Assembly: GCA_030265965.1 (NCBI GenBank)
Contig: JAJDHA010000002.1
Coordinates: forward strand, 25,580 to 89,579
DNA length: 64,000 bases
DNA from: Odoribacter sp. OttesenSCG-928-L07
Lineage (GTDB): Bacteria > Bacteroidota > Bacteroidia > Bacteroidales > BM520
Direction: 5' to 3'
Part shown: positions 9,761 to 21,997 of the stretch, piece after piece
Numbering within the stretch: position 1 is the first letter of the stretch
Layout: the number at the start of each line of letters is the position of its first letter
Position numbers and translations under genes: made by a program
Notes under the pieces: generated by a model
Told to the model about the DNA's origin: nothing
Database searches by the model: none
What the model saw: only the letters and a program-made list of their open reading frames with translations

Positions 9761-10477
9761 TTAGTCTTTCCTCATGCCAAATTCTTTATTACCAAAGAAA
9801 ACCCATCTCAAACTTATTCCGAACAACTGATTGCATTGTCCTCTTTGCCAAAATGGTTTGCTGAAAGGACCGTATGACCATGCTTGCGGATTATTATATG
9901 ATCTGATTGGAGTCAAGAAAAAAGTTGCCGAATATTTTATGTTTAAAATTAATCTCTCTAAAAGAAAAACTTCAGCTCCGATGTCTATTGATAAATCTAA
10001 CTTACTTAAATCATCATAATAATTACTGAAATCCATAAAGTTTTGGGTGAATTTATGACCGACAAGAATACCAACATTAGGTCCAGCGAACATAGTTATT
10101 CTATCGCTTGCAATAAATTTATAATGAATTGGAACGGTAATATAATGTAAACTTAATCTGGTTTCATAAACTGTTCCGGGTAATGTATCATTAGCATTAG
10201 GGATTTTGCGTGAACCTTTTTGTGTATATGCAACTTCTAAATCCAAAGCACTTCTTTTTGAAAGATATAAGTTGGTAAAAACACCGACATTCAGTCCGGG
10301 TTTGCTAAAAGATCTGTTAAACATCATATTAGAGTTTTGCCCCAACAATGTTGAGTCAACATAGGTACCTGTTGTATGTGAGGCATTTACTCCAAAAGTT
10401 AAGCCCCCGTCAAAGCTTTGGGAAAAAAGTATTACTGAAGATACAGCAAATGCAATTAATAGTAAAAGTTTTTTCAT
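9761..10477 (-). CDS. Porin-family outer-membrane beta-barrel protein (OMP_b-brl_2 / PorT-like)
   Basis: Signal peptide, 238 aa and a beta-strand periodicity pattern (LSLHYITVPIHYKF, FGISLRWVF) similar to the PorT/OMP_b-brl_2 family. Confidence 0.6.
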   Translation of the reverse strand: MKKLLLLIAFAVSSVILFSQSFDGGLTFGVNASHTTGTYVDSTLLGQNSNMMFNRSFSKPGLNVGVFTNLYLSKRSALDLEVAYTQKGSRKIPNANDTLPGTVYETRLSLHYITVPIHYKFIASDRITMFAGPNVGILVGHKFTQNFMDFSNYYDDLSKLDLSIDIGAEVFLLERLILNIKYSATFFLTPIRSYNNPQAWSYGPFSKPFWQRGQCNQLFGISLRWVFFGNKEFGMRKD

Positions 10478-10488
10478 GTTATAAAATG

Positions 10489-10995
10489 TTACACTTTATG
10501 TTTGAATGTTACTTTCGACAGTTCTTCATTTGCTTTAACAATTTTGTTTTTCAAGTTAATCTTATAGTTAACAAGTCTTTCCGCTAAAGCATCATCACCA
10601 ACGGCAACAATTTGTGCTGCAAGTATTGCTGCATTTTGTGCTGCATCAATTCCAACTGTTGCAACCGGAATTCCCGGAGGCATTTGTACAATAGCAAGCA
10701 AAGCATCCATACCTTGTAGAGATGCGCTGATAGGAACTCCAATAACAGGTATTGACGCCATTGCAGCAATTACACCAGGTAGATGTGCAGCCATTCCGGC
10801 GCCGGCAATAATAACTTTTATCCCGCGCGATTTGGCATTCTTTGCAAAATCTTCCACTTCATCCGGAGTGCGATGAGCAGATAAAGCATTCATTTCAAAT
10901 GGAACCTCCATCTCATCCAAGAAAATTGCAGCCTTCTCCATGATTTTTAAATCACTCATGCTGCCCATAATTATACTAACTAAAGCTTTCATCAT
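10489..10995 (-). CDS. purE: 5-(carboxyamino)imidazole ribonucleotide mutase
   Basis: IIMGSMSDLKIM, SAHRTPD and AGMAAHLPGV motifs. The true start is MMKALV (ATG 10995). The 47-codon extension in the track (to 11136) is a read-through of the heptamer array. Confidence 0.9.
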   Translation of the reverse strand: MMKALVSIIMGSMSDLKIMEKAAIFLDEMEVPFEMNALSAHRTPDEVEDFAKNAKSRGIKVIIAGAGMAAHLPGVIAAMASIPVIGVPISASLQGMDALLAIVQMPPGIPVATVGIDAAQNAAILAAQIVAVGDDALAERLVNYKINLKNKIVKANEELSKVTFKHKV

Positions 10996-11011
10996 ACAAA
11001 TTTTTGATTGA

Positions 11012-11019
11012 CAAAGATA
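11012..11019 (-). promoter_or_regulatory. -7 promoter box (TATCTTTG on the minus strand) for purE
   Basis: The reverse complement of caaagata matches TAnnTTTG, 17 nt upstream of the purE ATG. Confidence 0.45.
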
Positions 11020-11035
11020 CAAAATTAATTGGAAA

Positions 11036-11133
11036 GTGACGTGTGACGTGTGACGTGTGACGGGTGACGAGTGACGCGTGACATGTGACATGTGACGAGT
11101 GACGAGTGACGGGTGACATGTGACGAGTGACAA
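11036..11133 (+). repeat. GTGACNN heptamer tandem array, largest copy (14 units)
   Basis: gtgacgt x3, gtgacgg, gtgacga, gtgacgc, gtgacat x2, gtgacga x2, gtgacgg, gtgacat, gtgacga, gtgacaa. It sits in the purE/GH2 divergent intergenic region. Confidence 0.95.
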
Positions 11134-11136
11134 CAC

Positions 11137-11227
11137 ATCCCCGTCAGGGGATTCCGAACGGTAGCCGAAAATGTTTCAATCCCGAAACCATCCCAATCCC
11201 GTCAGGGGATTCCGAACGGTGGCAGCC
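11137..11227 (+). repeat. Two direct copies of a hairpin-containing element (cccgtcaggggattccgaacggt)
   Basis: The 23-nt core occurs at about 11140-11162 and 11198-11220. Each contains the small hairpin (a)tccc(c)-gtca-ggggat. Confidence 0.8.
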
Positions 11228-11263
11228 ATGTAGCGAAAAAATCAATGTTCCAACAATTTTAAT

Positions 11264-11271
11264 TAATTTTG
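11264..11271 (+). promoter_or_regulatory. -7 promoter box TAATTTTG upstream of the GH2 gene
   Basis: TAnnTTTG match 31 nt upstream of the ATG at 11302. Confidence 0.45.
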
Positions 11272-11295
11272 TGGCGAATATTAATGCCAAATTAA

Positions 11296-14469
<3,174 letters not shown>

Positions 14470-14471
14470 AT

Positions 14472-14479
14472 TATCTTTG
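14472..14479 (+). promoter_or_regulatory. -7 promoter box TATCTTTG upstream of the 5'-nucleotidase pair
   Basis: TAnnTTTG match 21 nt upstream of the ATG at 14500. Confidence 0.5.
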
Positions 14480-14499
14480 CATTCTGATAAAATTATAAT

Positions 14500-15246
14500 A
14501 TGATGAAAAAAATTCTGATACCTTTATTTCTTCTATTAATTCTATTCTCAAGTTGTAAACAAAAACAATATGAGTTGAAATCGTTAGAAGGACAAATGAT
14601 TCTTATGGATGAGACTTTTGATACAAATAAAGATCCCGTTGCTGATAGTATTTTTAACTTTTACAAAGTTTATGCGGCATCAATTATGGATTCAGTAATT
14701 GGATATAATAAAGTCTTTATGGATAAAGGTTTGCGTGAAGAAAGTTTGCTGGGTAATTTTGCTGCAGATGTTGTTGCTGTTATCGCGGAAGAAATCTTTG
14801 ATACAAAAATAGATATGGGTTTGATGAATAGAGGTGGATTGCGTACTTCTTTACCTCAAGGAAAGATTACACTCGGTGATGTTTATAAAGTTTTCCCTTT
14901 TGAAAATTATTTGTCAGTAATTGAGATAACAGGAAAAGATTTACGAGAACAACTTGAAGTATTTGCTAAAACTAATGTGCAATGTGTGAGCAGAATTAAG
15001 CTGACAATCAAAGATAAAAAACTTGTTAATGCTATTATTGACGGAAAACCTATTGATGATACTAAAATTTACAAAATTGCTACAATAGATTTTATTGCTG
15101 AGGGTAATGATAATATGAAAGTTCTTAAAAATGCAATTAGTAGAACAGATTCACCGGTACTAATTAGAGAAGCAATAGCACAGTATGTATATGATAACTC
15201 GCCGATAGATGCAAAAAAAGATGGTAGAGTGGTTGTTTTAAATTAA
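14500..15246 (+). CDS. 5'-nucleotidase C-terminal (substrate-binding) domain lipoprotein
   Basis: Lipobox (LFSSC). LGNFAADVV, GGLR and a FIAEGNDN-like pattern are typical of the UshA/NadN C-terminal domain. Confidence 0.75.
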   Translation: MMKKILIPLFLLLILFSSCKQKQYELKSLEGQMILMDETFDTNKDPVADSIFNFYKVYAASIMDSVIGYNKVFMDKGLREESLLGNFAADVVAVIAEEIFDTKIDMGLMNRGGLRTSLPQGKITLGDVYKVFPFENYLSVIEITGKDLREQLEVFAKTNVQCVSRIKLTIKDKKLVNAIIDGKPIDDTKIYKIATIDFIAEGNDNMKVLKNAISRTDSPVLIREAIAQYVYDNSPIDAKKDGRVVVLN

Positions 15247-15259
15247 GAATAAATTAGAT

Positions 15260-16105
15260 ATGAAAAAGATATATTGTTTTTTTGTTTTGATATTGTTTGT
15301 TGGTTTTTGTTACGGACAACAAAAGAAACTTGTAATTTTACACACAAATGATATTCACAGTCAAATAGAAACCTTTGCTGAAAATGCGGGCGGCTATCGT
15401 GCGGGCAATGGTGGCATGGTTAGAATTGCAACTTATGTTGATCAGGTTCGCGAAGAAGAACAAAATGTTCTTGTGCTTGATGCAGGCGACTTTTCTCAGG
15501 GTTCTCCGTACTATAATCTTTTTTCCGGAAAAGCAGAAGTCGAACTAATGAACGCTATAGGTTATGATGTAAGCACGTTCGGCAATCACGAATTTGACCT
15601 TGGAATGGAAAATTTGATTGAACTTATTGAACTTGCAAACTTTCCTTTTGTTAATGCCAATTATGATCTTACTGCAACAATCCTCAAAGATTATGTACAA
15701 CCTTATGTTATTATTAATAAAGATGGATTGAAAATCGGTATTTTCGGACTTGGTGTTTCATTGAAAGGAGTAACTTTCGAAAGGAATATTGAAGGTATTA
15801 TTCTAAAAAATACCTTTGAAACTGCAAATGAAATGTCTGATTTGTTGAAGAATAAATTAAAATGCGATTTAGTTATTTGTCTGTCTCATATTGGTTTCGA
15901 CGGAAGTGAAGGTAAAATCAACGATTCATCTCTCGCTGCTCAAAGCGAATTTATTGATGTTATTATCGGCGGACATTCTCATACATTTCTTGAAACTCCC
16001 CAACAAGTTAAAAATAAAAATGGAAAAATAGTATATATTTCCCAAACAGGAAGTCAGGGAGTTAATGTCGGAAGACTTGATTTGATGTTTGATTTGAAGA
16101 AGTAA
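15260..16105 (+). CDS. Metallophosphoesterase (5'-nucleotidase N-terminal catalytic domain)
   Basis: Calcineurin-like motifs ILHTNDIHS, DAGDF, GNHEFD and GGHSH. Confidence 0.8.
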   Translation: MKKIYCFFVLILFVGFCYGQQKKLVILHTNDIHSQIETFAENAGGYRAGNGGMVRIATYVDQVREEEQNVLVLDAGDFSQGSPYYNLFSGKAEVELMNAIGYDVSTFGNHEFDLGMENLIELIELANFPFVNANYDLTATILKDYVQPYVIINKDGLKIGIFGLGVSLKGVTFERNIEGIILKNTFETANEMSDLLKNKLKCDLVICLSHIGFDGSEGKINDSSLAAQSEFIDVIIGGHSHTFLETPQQVKNKNGKIVYISQTGSQGVNVGRLDLMFDLKK

Positions 16106-16137
16106 CGTTACTTGTAAAACGTAACTCAATAAAATTT

Positions 16138-16815
16138 ATGAAAACAATTTCATACCAAACAATAGACTCTACTAATATAGAAGCTCAGCGTTTATTAGAT
16201 TCCGGTGAAGATTTGCCTTTTGTTGTTGTTGCAGAAGAGCAAACTCATGGAAAGGGTAGAGGAGAGCATGTTTGGGAAACAGAATCTGGGAAGAACCTTA
16301 CTTGTAGTTTTGTTGTTAAACCTTATGTAGAACCGCAATATCAGTATCTTATTACAGTTGCTACCTCTCTTGCAATCCTTGATTTATTATCACAATACCT
16401 TTCTACTGAAAATCAAATCAAAATAAAATGGCCCAATGATATTTTTGTTGATGATAATAAAATCTGTGGAATTTTAATTGCAAATAGAATCTCTGGAAAC
16501 GAAATTAAATCATCAATTATAGGTATTGGAGTAAATGTTAATCAGATTGATTTTCCTGTGAATTTGCCAAATGCAACTTCATTAAAAAAAATCACTAATA
16601 AAGAATTTGACATAAATGAGTTGTTAAGTGAGTTAATCATCTTGCTTGAAAATAATATTATAATGATTAAGGATAATGTTTTACATCTTCGGGTAAGATA
16701 TATTAGAAACCTATACAAATTACATCAGCCGATGATTTATAATGTTGATGGTGTTGAGATGGAATGCAAGATCTCCGGTATTGATGAGTTTGGCGGAATT
16801 ATGTGTGATAAGTAA
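16138..16815 (+). CDS. birA: Biotin--[acetyl-CoA-carboxylase] ligase (group I, no HTH)
   Basis: Biotin-binding loop QTHGKGRGEHVW, KWPNDI and the ICGILIA pattern. Confidence 0.85.
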   Translation: MKTISYQTIDSTNIEAQRLLDSGEDLPFVVVAEEQTHGKGRGEHVWETESGKNLTCSFVVKPYVEPQYQYLITVATSLAILDLLSQYLSTENQIKIKWPNDIFVDDNKICGILIANRISGNEIKSSIIGIGVNVNQIDFPVNLPNATSLKKITNKEFDINELLSELIILLENNIIMIKDNVLHLRVRYIRNLYKLHQPMIYNVDGVEMECKISGIDEFGGIMCDK

Positions 16816-16825
16816 TGACTGAACA

Positions 16826-16909
16826 ACCACCCGTCACCCGTCACCCGTCACCCGTCACCCGTCACATGTCACACGTCACACGTCACATGTCACACGTCAC
16901 TCATCACCC
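16826..16909 (-). repeat. GTGACNN heptamer tandem array (about 11 units, read on the minus strand)
   Basis: Plus strand reads gtcaccc x4, gtcacat, gtcacac x2, gtcacat, gtcacac, gtcactc, atcaccc. It fills the spacer between the convergent birA and the radical SAM gene. Confidence 0.95.
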
Positions 16910-16911
16910 AT

Positions 16912-17967
16912 CTATACAACAAAATGGCATTTATCACAAAATTTCGGTGCTTTATTTTCTCTCCACATTTTTCTCCATGCAACAAACTTTTCATTGTTGA
17001 GAACATCCATTACAGAGCTGTCGAATACATTGCCGTAGTTATATTCCTTTGGAAAAGGTTTTGCGCAGCAAGGAGTTATATAGCCGTCCCAACAAATATA
17101 GAAATGACTCCAAGGAAACGGACAATGTTTAAAAGCAGGTTTGTCGTAGAAACTTCTATCGCCAACAGTTACGTTTTTTACTTTCTTTTTAATATTTTCC
17201 AACTCATTTAGAGCTTTAGAAAATTCCTCAGATTTGTAAAAGTCATAATAAGATACATCAACATTTGTGATACAAGCTAAATTAAACTTTGTATAATCCA
17301 TATATTCAACTCCAATTTCTTCAGCATATTCGACAAGTGCTGCCATTTGCAAATAATTTTCTTCAGTAACTACCATATTCATCATCAAGGTAGTATTGGA
17401 ATCCTTTGTGAGTTTTACAAGATTACGAAGATTTTTGTCTAAAGTTTCAAACTTTGCATTAGTTCGTATTCTTTCGTAAACCTCATTTAATCCGTCTGTT
17501 GAAATCTGGATAGTATCTATTTTGCCAACTAATTTAGAAACAATTTCCAGAAAATTTGGTAGCATTGCGTTTGTGGATACAGAAATAATTATACCTTTAT
17601 TTTTTTCTTTAATATAATCTATAATTTGCTCTATATCTTTATATAAGAAAGTTTCTCCCATTCCGGTCAAGCCGATAGAATCTAAATATGGCCAAAGTTC
17701 ATCAATAATTCCTTTCGCTTGATCGACATTGATGGAACCTAAATCCATAGCTTTTCCGTATTCATAAACGCGCGGACAAGTTGTGCATGCAAGATTACAT
17801 TTATTAGTAAGCTCAAGCATAATTGTTGAAGGATAAGCAACTTTGTTCGACTTAATAATTTTATAATAAAAATGTTTGAGCTTATTAAATGAATATTTAA
17901 AGAAATATTTATTTTTTGGTAATTTGGATAATCTTACAAAAGCCTTTTTTAATCTGCGCTTATTCAT
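16912..17967 (-). CDS. Radical SAM / SPASM-domain protein, substrate unknown
   Basis: CNLACTTC (CX3CX2C) after a basic N-terminal extension, a GMGETFLY glycine-rich SAM motif, and a Cys-rich C-terminus (CPFPW...CWDGYITPCC...CDKC) typical of SPASM/twitch auxiliary clusters. Confidence 0.85.
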   Translation of the reverse strand: MNKRRLKKAFVRLSKLPKNKYFFKYSFNKLKHFYYKIIKSNKVAYPSTIMLELTNKCNLACTTCPRVYEYGKAMDLGSINVDQAKGIIDELWPYLDSIGLTGMGETFLYKDIEQIIDYIKEKNKGIIISVSTNAMLPNFLEIVSKLVGKIDTIQISTDGLNEVYERIRTNAKFETLDKNLRNLVKLTKDSNTTLMMNMVVTEENYLQMAALVEYAEEIGVEYMDYTKFNLACITNVDVSYYDFYKSEEFSKALNELENIKKKVKNVTVGDRSFYDKPAFKHCPFPWSHFYICWDGYITPCCAKPFPKEYNYGNVFDSSVMDVLNNEKFVAWRKMWRENKAPKFCDKCHFVV

Positions 17968-18907
17968 TATTTTCTTCTTTTAACAGTTCCAAGCTATATT
18001 TATAATTATCTTGTGCAGCTTTAAAACTTGGATCAAGAGCTAAAGTTTTATCAAACCAAAGTGCTGCAGAATCAAAGAGAAACATTTCAGTTAAGTAAAT
18101 ATACCCCAGATTAAAGCATGTCATTTTATTTTTTTGATCAAAATTATAAGATTCGAGATAACATTCTTTAGCTTTTAGGTAATCTTCTTCTTCTTGATAA
18201 TAAACTCCAAGCATAAAATGGGCGTAAGGATTATCAGGTTTGACACTTATTGCATTTTGAAGATACTGTGGAACAAGGCTACGATCTCTATCCATATTAA
18301 TTACAGCGAGTTGCAAATATGCAGGAGTAAATTCGTAATCGGTTTGAATGGCATTTTGATAGTATGTTATTGCTCTTGCAGTATCTTCTTCCAACGCAGC
18401 AATTTGTCCAAGTACAAAAAAAGATTGTGGATTTACTGCGTTAATTTGTATTGATTTTGCCAGATAACCTTTAGCCAACTCAAAGTTTCCGGTTCTGAAG
18501 TTATGTTTTCCTAGAGCATAATATACGGTATAATCTTCGTTATTAATCTTTTCTGCCTCGACTATTGCTGAACGTGCAAGTTGTCCGTTGCCCAACATAA
18601 AATAGATGTCGGAAAGAAGTAGCAAGTCGGGAATATTTTGTCCCTTCAATACAATAGCATTATTAATATCGAATAATGCTTCGCTATATCTTCCATTATC
18701 AAAATAGAGTTCAGCACGACAAGAATACAAATCACCATTAAGAGAATCGATAAGCAACAGAGAATCGATATAAGGTAGATCATTACATGGAATTTTATAT
18801 TCCTGTGTTATAGTTATTTCATTTTTAGCCGGAGAAGTATTGTTGTTTTTACATGAATAAAATACAATAATAAATAATATGGCAATTGAAAATAAATGCT
18901 TCATCAA
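17960..18907 (-). CDS. Tetratricopeptide-repeat lipoprotein
   Basis: Signal peptide with lipobox (VFYSC) and multiple TPR-like 34-aa units (A..Y...G.....A). The stop overlaps the radical SAM start by 8 nt. Confidence 0.75.
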   Translation of the reverse strand: MMKHLFSIAILFIIVFYSCKNNNTSPAKNEITITQEYKIPCNDLPYIDSLLLIDSLNGDLYSCRAELYFDNGRYSEALFDINNAIVLKGQNIPDLLLLSDIYFMLGNGQLARSAIVEAEKINNEDYTVYYALGKHNFRTGNFELAKGYLAKSIQINAVNPQSFFVLGQIAALEEDTARAITYYQNAIQTDYEFTPAYLQLAVINMDRDRSLVPQYLQNAISVKPDNPYAHFMLGVYYQEEEDYLKAKECYLESYNFDQKNKMTCFNLGYIYLTEMFLFDSAALWFDKTLALDPSFKAAQDNYKYSLELLKEENNE

Positions 18908-19019
18908 TAAATTAACTTTTATTTTTATACTTTGTTCGCTTTAAAGCAAAAATCATTAAATCACAAACCCTTCAAGATAAAAACCTTGAACCATAATCCT
19001 TCAAACCTTGAACCTTAAA

Positions 19020-20000
19020 CTAAACCAACACCTTCGCTTCAATTTCCGCTGCAAGTTCAGGATTATCAACAAGGATTTGCACTACCGCATCTCTTCCTTG
19101 ACCGAGTTTTGTGTCACCATAGCTATACCAAGATCCACTTTTCTTTACCACATTAAGATTTACAGCAATATCGAGCAGTTCACCCATTCTTGAGATTCCT
19201 TTTCCAAACATAATATCAAATTCGGCAACTTTAAAAGGTGGAGCAACTTTATTTTTTACAACTTTTACTTTTACTCGATTACCAACTGCGTCATCACCAT
19301 CTTTAATTTGTGATACTCGGCGAATATCAAGACGTATTGAAGAGTAGAACTTCAGAGCATTACCTCCTGTTGTTGTTTCAGGATTTCCGAACATTACTCC
19401 GATTTTTTCCCGTAATTGATTAATAAAGATGCAGCATGAGCCTGTTTTAGAAATCGTAGCTGTTAACTTTCTAAGTGCTTGCGACATGAGGCGAGCTTGT
19501 AATCCAACTTTGTTTTCTCCCATTTCGCCTTCAATTTCGCTTTTTGGAGTAAGTGCTGCTACAGAGTCAATAACAATAATATCGATAGAGCCTGATCTAA
19601 TTAGCGCGTCAGCAATTTCTAGTGCTTGTTCTCCACAATCGGGTTGTGAAACTAACAGGTTTTCAATATCTACTCCGAGTCTTTGGGCATAGAATCTGTC
19701 GAATGCGTGTTCAGCATCAATAAACGCTGCTAAACCGCCATTTTTTTGTGCTTGTGCAATTGCGTGCAGTGCCAGAGTTGTTTTACCAGAGGCTTCCGGA
19801 CCGTATATTTCAACAATTCTTCCCTTAGGATATCCTTTAACTCCGAGAGCAATATCTAGTCCGATAGAACCCGAAGGAATAACCGGAACACTTTCTATTT
19901 CAGTATCACCCAATTTCATAACGGTACCTTTACCGTAAGCTTTTTCGATTCTGTCGAGGGTGAGTTGTAAAGCTTTTAATTTTTCTGAATTATTATCCAT
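19020..20000 (-). CDS. recA: Recombinase A
   Basis: Near-full identity to conserved RecA blocks ([30 protein letters not shown]). Confidence 0.97.
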   Translation of the reverse strand: MDNNSEKLKALQLTLDRIEKAYGKGTVMKLGDTEIESVPVIPSGSIGLDIALGVKGYPKGRIVEIYGPEASGKTTLALHAIAQAQKNGGLAAFIDAEHAFDRFYAQRLGVDIENLLVSQPDCGEQALEIADALIRSGSIDIIVIDSVAALTPKSEIEGEMGENKVGLQARLMSQALRKLTATISKTGSCCIFINQLREKIGVMFGNPETTTGGNALKFYSSIRLDIRRVSQIKDGDDAVGNRVKVKVVKNKVAPPFKVAEFDIMFGKGISRMGELLDIAVNLNVVKKSGSWYSYGDTKLGQGRDAVVQILVDNPELAAEIEAKVLV

Positions 20001-20030
20001 AGTTTTATTATTTTCTTATTAATCGGAAAA

Positions 20031-20045
20031 GAGACAAAATGTCTC
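20031..20045 (-). terminator. Short hairpin GAGACA-TTT-TGTCTC followed by TTTTCC (minus strand) between nth and recA
   Basis: Inverted repeat read directly, with a T-run following on the minus strand. It could terminate nth or sit in the recA leader. Confidence 0.4.
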
Positions 20046-20076
20046 ATGTTTTTTTGAAAAAAATTTTACAAATTTA

Positions 20077-20703
20077 CTATTTTTTCCCGAAACTTTCGCA
20101 AATTTCTGAAATGCCGCAGGCATCGCATTTTGGACTTCTTGCAGTACAACAATATCTGCCGTGAAGAAGCAACCAATGGTGTGCATCGGGAATAACTTTT
20201 TCGGGAAATAATTGTAAAAGTTGTTTTTCTGTTTCTAAAGGATTCTTTGCATTTACAATACCTAATCTATTAGCAACTCTAAATACGTGTGTGTCAACTG
20301 CAAATCGTGGTTCGTTAAATGCAACAGCTGCAACAACATTAGCGGTTTTTCGTCCTACTCCCGGAAGTTTCTCCAATTCGTCGCGTGTTTGCGGTAGAAC
20401 ACCATCATATTCATTACAAACAGTTTGAGCTAATTTGATAAGATTTTTTGTTTTATTATTTGGATATGAGCACGATTTAATAAGCTCAAAAACTTCCTCA
20501 TGAGTTGCGCGAGCTAATGACTCAAAGTTGGAAAATTTTTCAAAAAAGGGAGGAGTAATAATATTAACACGCTTGTCTGTGCATTGAGCAGACAACACAA
20601 CAGCAACTACTAATTGATATTCATTTTTATGCGTAAGTTCCGTTTCCGGAGTAGGCATATTTTTAGAAAAGTAATCAATTATAAATTTTATTTTATCAGT
20701 CAC
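20077..20703 (-). CDS. nth: Endonuclease III
   Basis: HhH-GPD motif LPGVGRKTANVV and the 4Fe-4S ligand pattern C-x6-C-x2-C-x5-C (CTARSPKCDACGISEIC). Confidence 0.92.
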   Translation of the reverse strand: MTDKIKFIIDYFSKNMPTPETELTHKNEYQLVVAVVLSAQCTDKRVNIITPPFFEKFSNFESLARATHEEVFELIKSCSYPNNKTKNLIKLAQTVCNEYDGVLPQTRDELEKLPGVGRKTANVVAAVAFNEPRFAVDTHVFRVANRLGIVNAKNPLETEKQLLQLFPEKVIPDAHHWLLLHGRYCCTARSPKCDACGISEICESFGKK

Positions 20704-20708
20704 AAATA

Positions 20709-20912
20709 TTAGTTAAGCAAATAAGACCCTGTTTTGCGAGCATTGTCAATAATTAATTGATAATTTGCATATCTCAAAATATTGTCCACTCTTTTCTGAG
20801 TTGATTTAGGAAGTTGGATATTTTGATAATTCTGCATTGAAAGATCAGTCTTTTTTGACTTTCCAGATGATTTGTAATAATTTGATAATAAGGATAGTAA
20901 ATCTCTTTTCAT
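20709..20912 (-). CDS. Hypothetical small protein (67 aa)
   Basis: ORF only, placed 5 nt upstream of nth on the same strand. No recognisable motif. Confidence 0.3.
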   Translation of the reverse strand: MKRDLLSLLSNYYKSSGKSKKTDLSMQNYQNIQLPKSTQKRVDNILRYANYQLIIDNARKTGSYLLN

Positions 20913-21015
20913 AGATTAATTTTAGTTAAACAACATTTTACATATTGATAACGAGGATCAAATATAAAAATTGTATGAATGAGGGTATTTTTTTTGGATT
21001 TGAGAAAGGGGCGAG

Positions 21016-21070
21016 GAGAATGGAGAATTGAGAATGGAGAATTGAGAATTGAGAATTGAGAATGGAGAAG
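21016..21070 (+). repeat. Tandem heptamer array GAGAATK (about 8 units)
   Basis: gagaatg gagaatt gagaatg gagaatt x3 gagaatg gagaag read directly. Confidence 0.9.
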
Positions 21071-21117
21071 GCGTAGAAGTTGCTATTTCATCCTTTATGA
21101 ATGGTTATATCAATAGA

Positions 21118-21163
21118 CATCAAATCATCACATCATCAAATCATCACATCATTAAATCATCAC
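21118..21163 (-). repeat. Tandem 8-mer array (GTGATGAT/TTGATGAT on the minus strand) directly after the sigma-factor stop
   Basis: Plus strand reads catcaaat catcacat catcaaat catcacat cattaaat catcac. Confidence 0.85.
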
Positions 21164-21753
21164 TATCTTTCGAGTAATGTAATGTTCTGTTCTTCAATAA
21201 TTTTTCTAAGATTAATTATTGCATACCTCATTCTTCCGAGAGCGGTATTAATGCTAACATTAGTAAGTGCGGCGATATCCTTAAAGCTGAGGTCGCAGTA
21301 ATGACGAAGTTTAACTACTTCTTTTTGTTCTTCGGGAAGTAGCTCAAGTAATTCGAGCAGTTGTTGCTCTTGTTGTTTCTTTATAAGAGTGTCTTCAATA
21401 GAATCAACCATAAAATCATTTAGTTCTGCGATGTTTTCAACATCAACAGCTCCCATTGTTCCAAGTCGTTTTTCTTTTCGGTAATTGTCAATTATAAGGT
21501 TATGTGCAATACGATTTATCCATTGAATAAACTTTCCCTCTTCTTTATAAACGCCTGAACGAAGAGTTTGAATTACCTTAATAAAAGTTTCTTGAAAGAT
21601 ATCATCGGCAAGCGCGCTATCTTTGACAATCATTAAAATGTAAGAGTAAACTTTTCCCTTATATCTATTAACCAAAACTTCCATGCTAAACATATCACCC
21701 TTGAGATAGTTGGCAATAAGTTCATTATCTGATAAATTAAAATTTTCTTTCAT
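21163..21753 (-). CDS. RNA polymerase sigma-70 factor, ECF-like subfamily
   Basis: Region 2 (DDIFQETFIKV, WINRIAHNLIIDNYR) and region 4 HTH (LSFKDIAALTNVSINTALGRMRYA). Confidence 0.85.
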   Translation of the reverse strand: MKENFNLSDNELIANYLKGDMFSMEVLVNRYKGKVYSYILMIVKDSALADDIFQETFIKVIQTLRSGVYKEEGKFIQWINRIAHNLIIDNYRKEKRLGTMGAVDVENIAELNDFMVDSIEDTLIKKQQEQQLLELLELLPEEQKEVVKLRHYCDLSFKDIAALTNVSINTALGRMRYAIINLRKIIEEQNITLLER

Positions 21754-21960
21754 TTAAACTTTACAATTAAAATTAAAATTGTAAGGATCTTATCAATAGG
21801 CTAATAAATTTTATTAAACATGAATTACTTTGTCGAAAGAGCTTAAACTGCTATTATTCGACATGCAAAGATAATAATCTTTTTTAATTCTTTATATTTT
21901 CTTGCAAAAAAATAATTTTATTTAATTATTTATAAAAAATGTTTACCTTCGCAATGTTAT

Positions 21961-21968
21961 TATATTTG
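21961..21968 (+). promoter_or_regulatory. -7 promoter box TATATTTG upstream of the 345-aa membrane protein gene
   Basis: TAnnTTTG match 30 nt upstream of the ATG at 21998. Confidence 0.4.
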
Positions 21969-21997
21969 TTTAAATCTTTTTATTATTAACTTAAAAT

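Noticed and set aside
11036-11133. Possible CRISPR array, given regularly spaced short repeats at many loci.
   Set aside because: The units are 7-9 nt and directly abutting with no unique spacers. There is no leader and there are no cas genes. These are simple tandem repeats.
16815-17000. Track ORFs rich in VTRH/SPVTRH/SHVT repeats: 16815-17000, 29979-30233, 30037-30414, 40456-40686, 11127-11378, and the first 47 codons of 10489-11136.
   Set aside because: They are translations of the stop-free strand of the GTGACNN heptamer arrays and adjacent spacers. They have no start context and low complexity, and they overlap well-supported genes on the other strand.
20069-20076. A TAAATTTG box (minus strand) that could be the recA promoter.
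   Set aside because: It abuts the nth stop and lies upstream of the hairpin at 20031-20045, which looks like the nth terminator. The order promoter-terminator-gene is awkward, so it was not listed as a feature.
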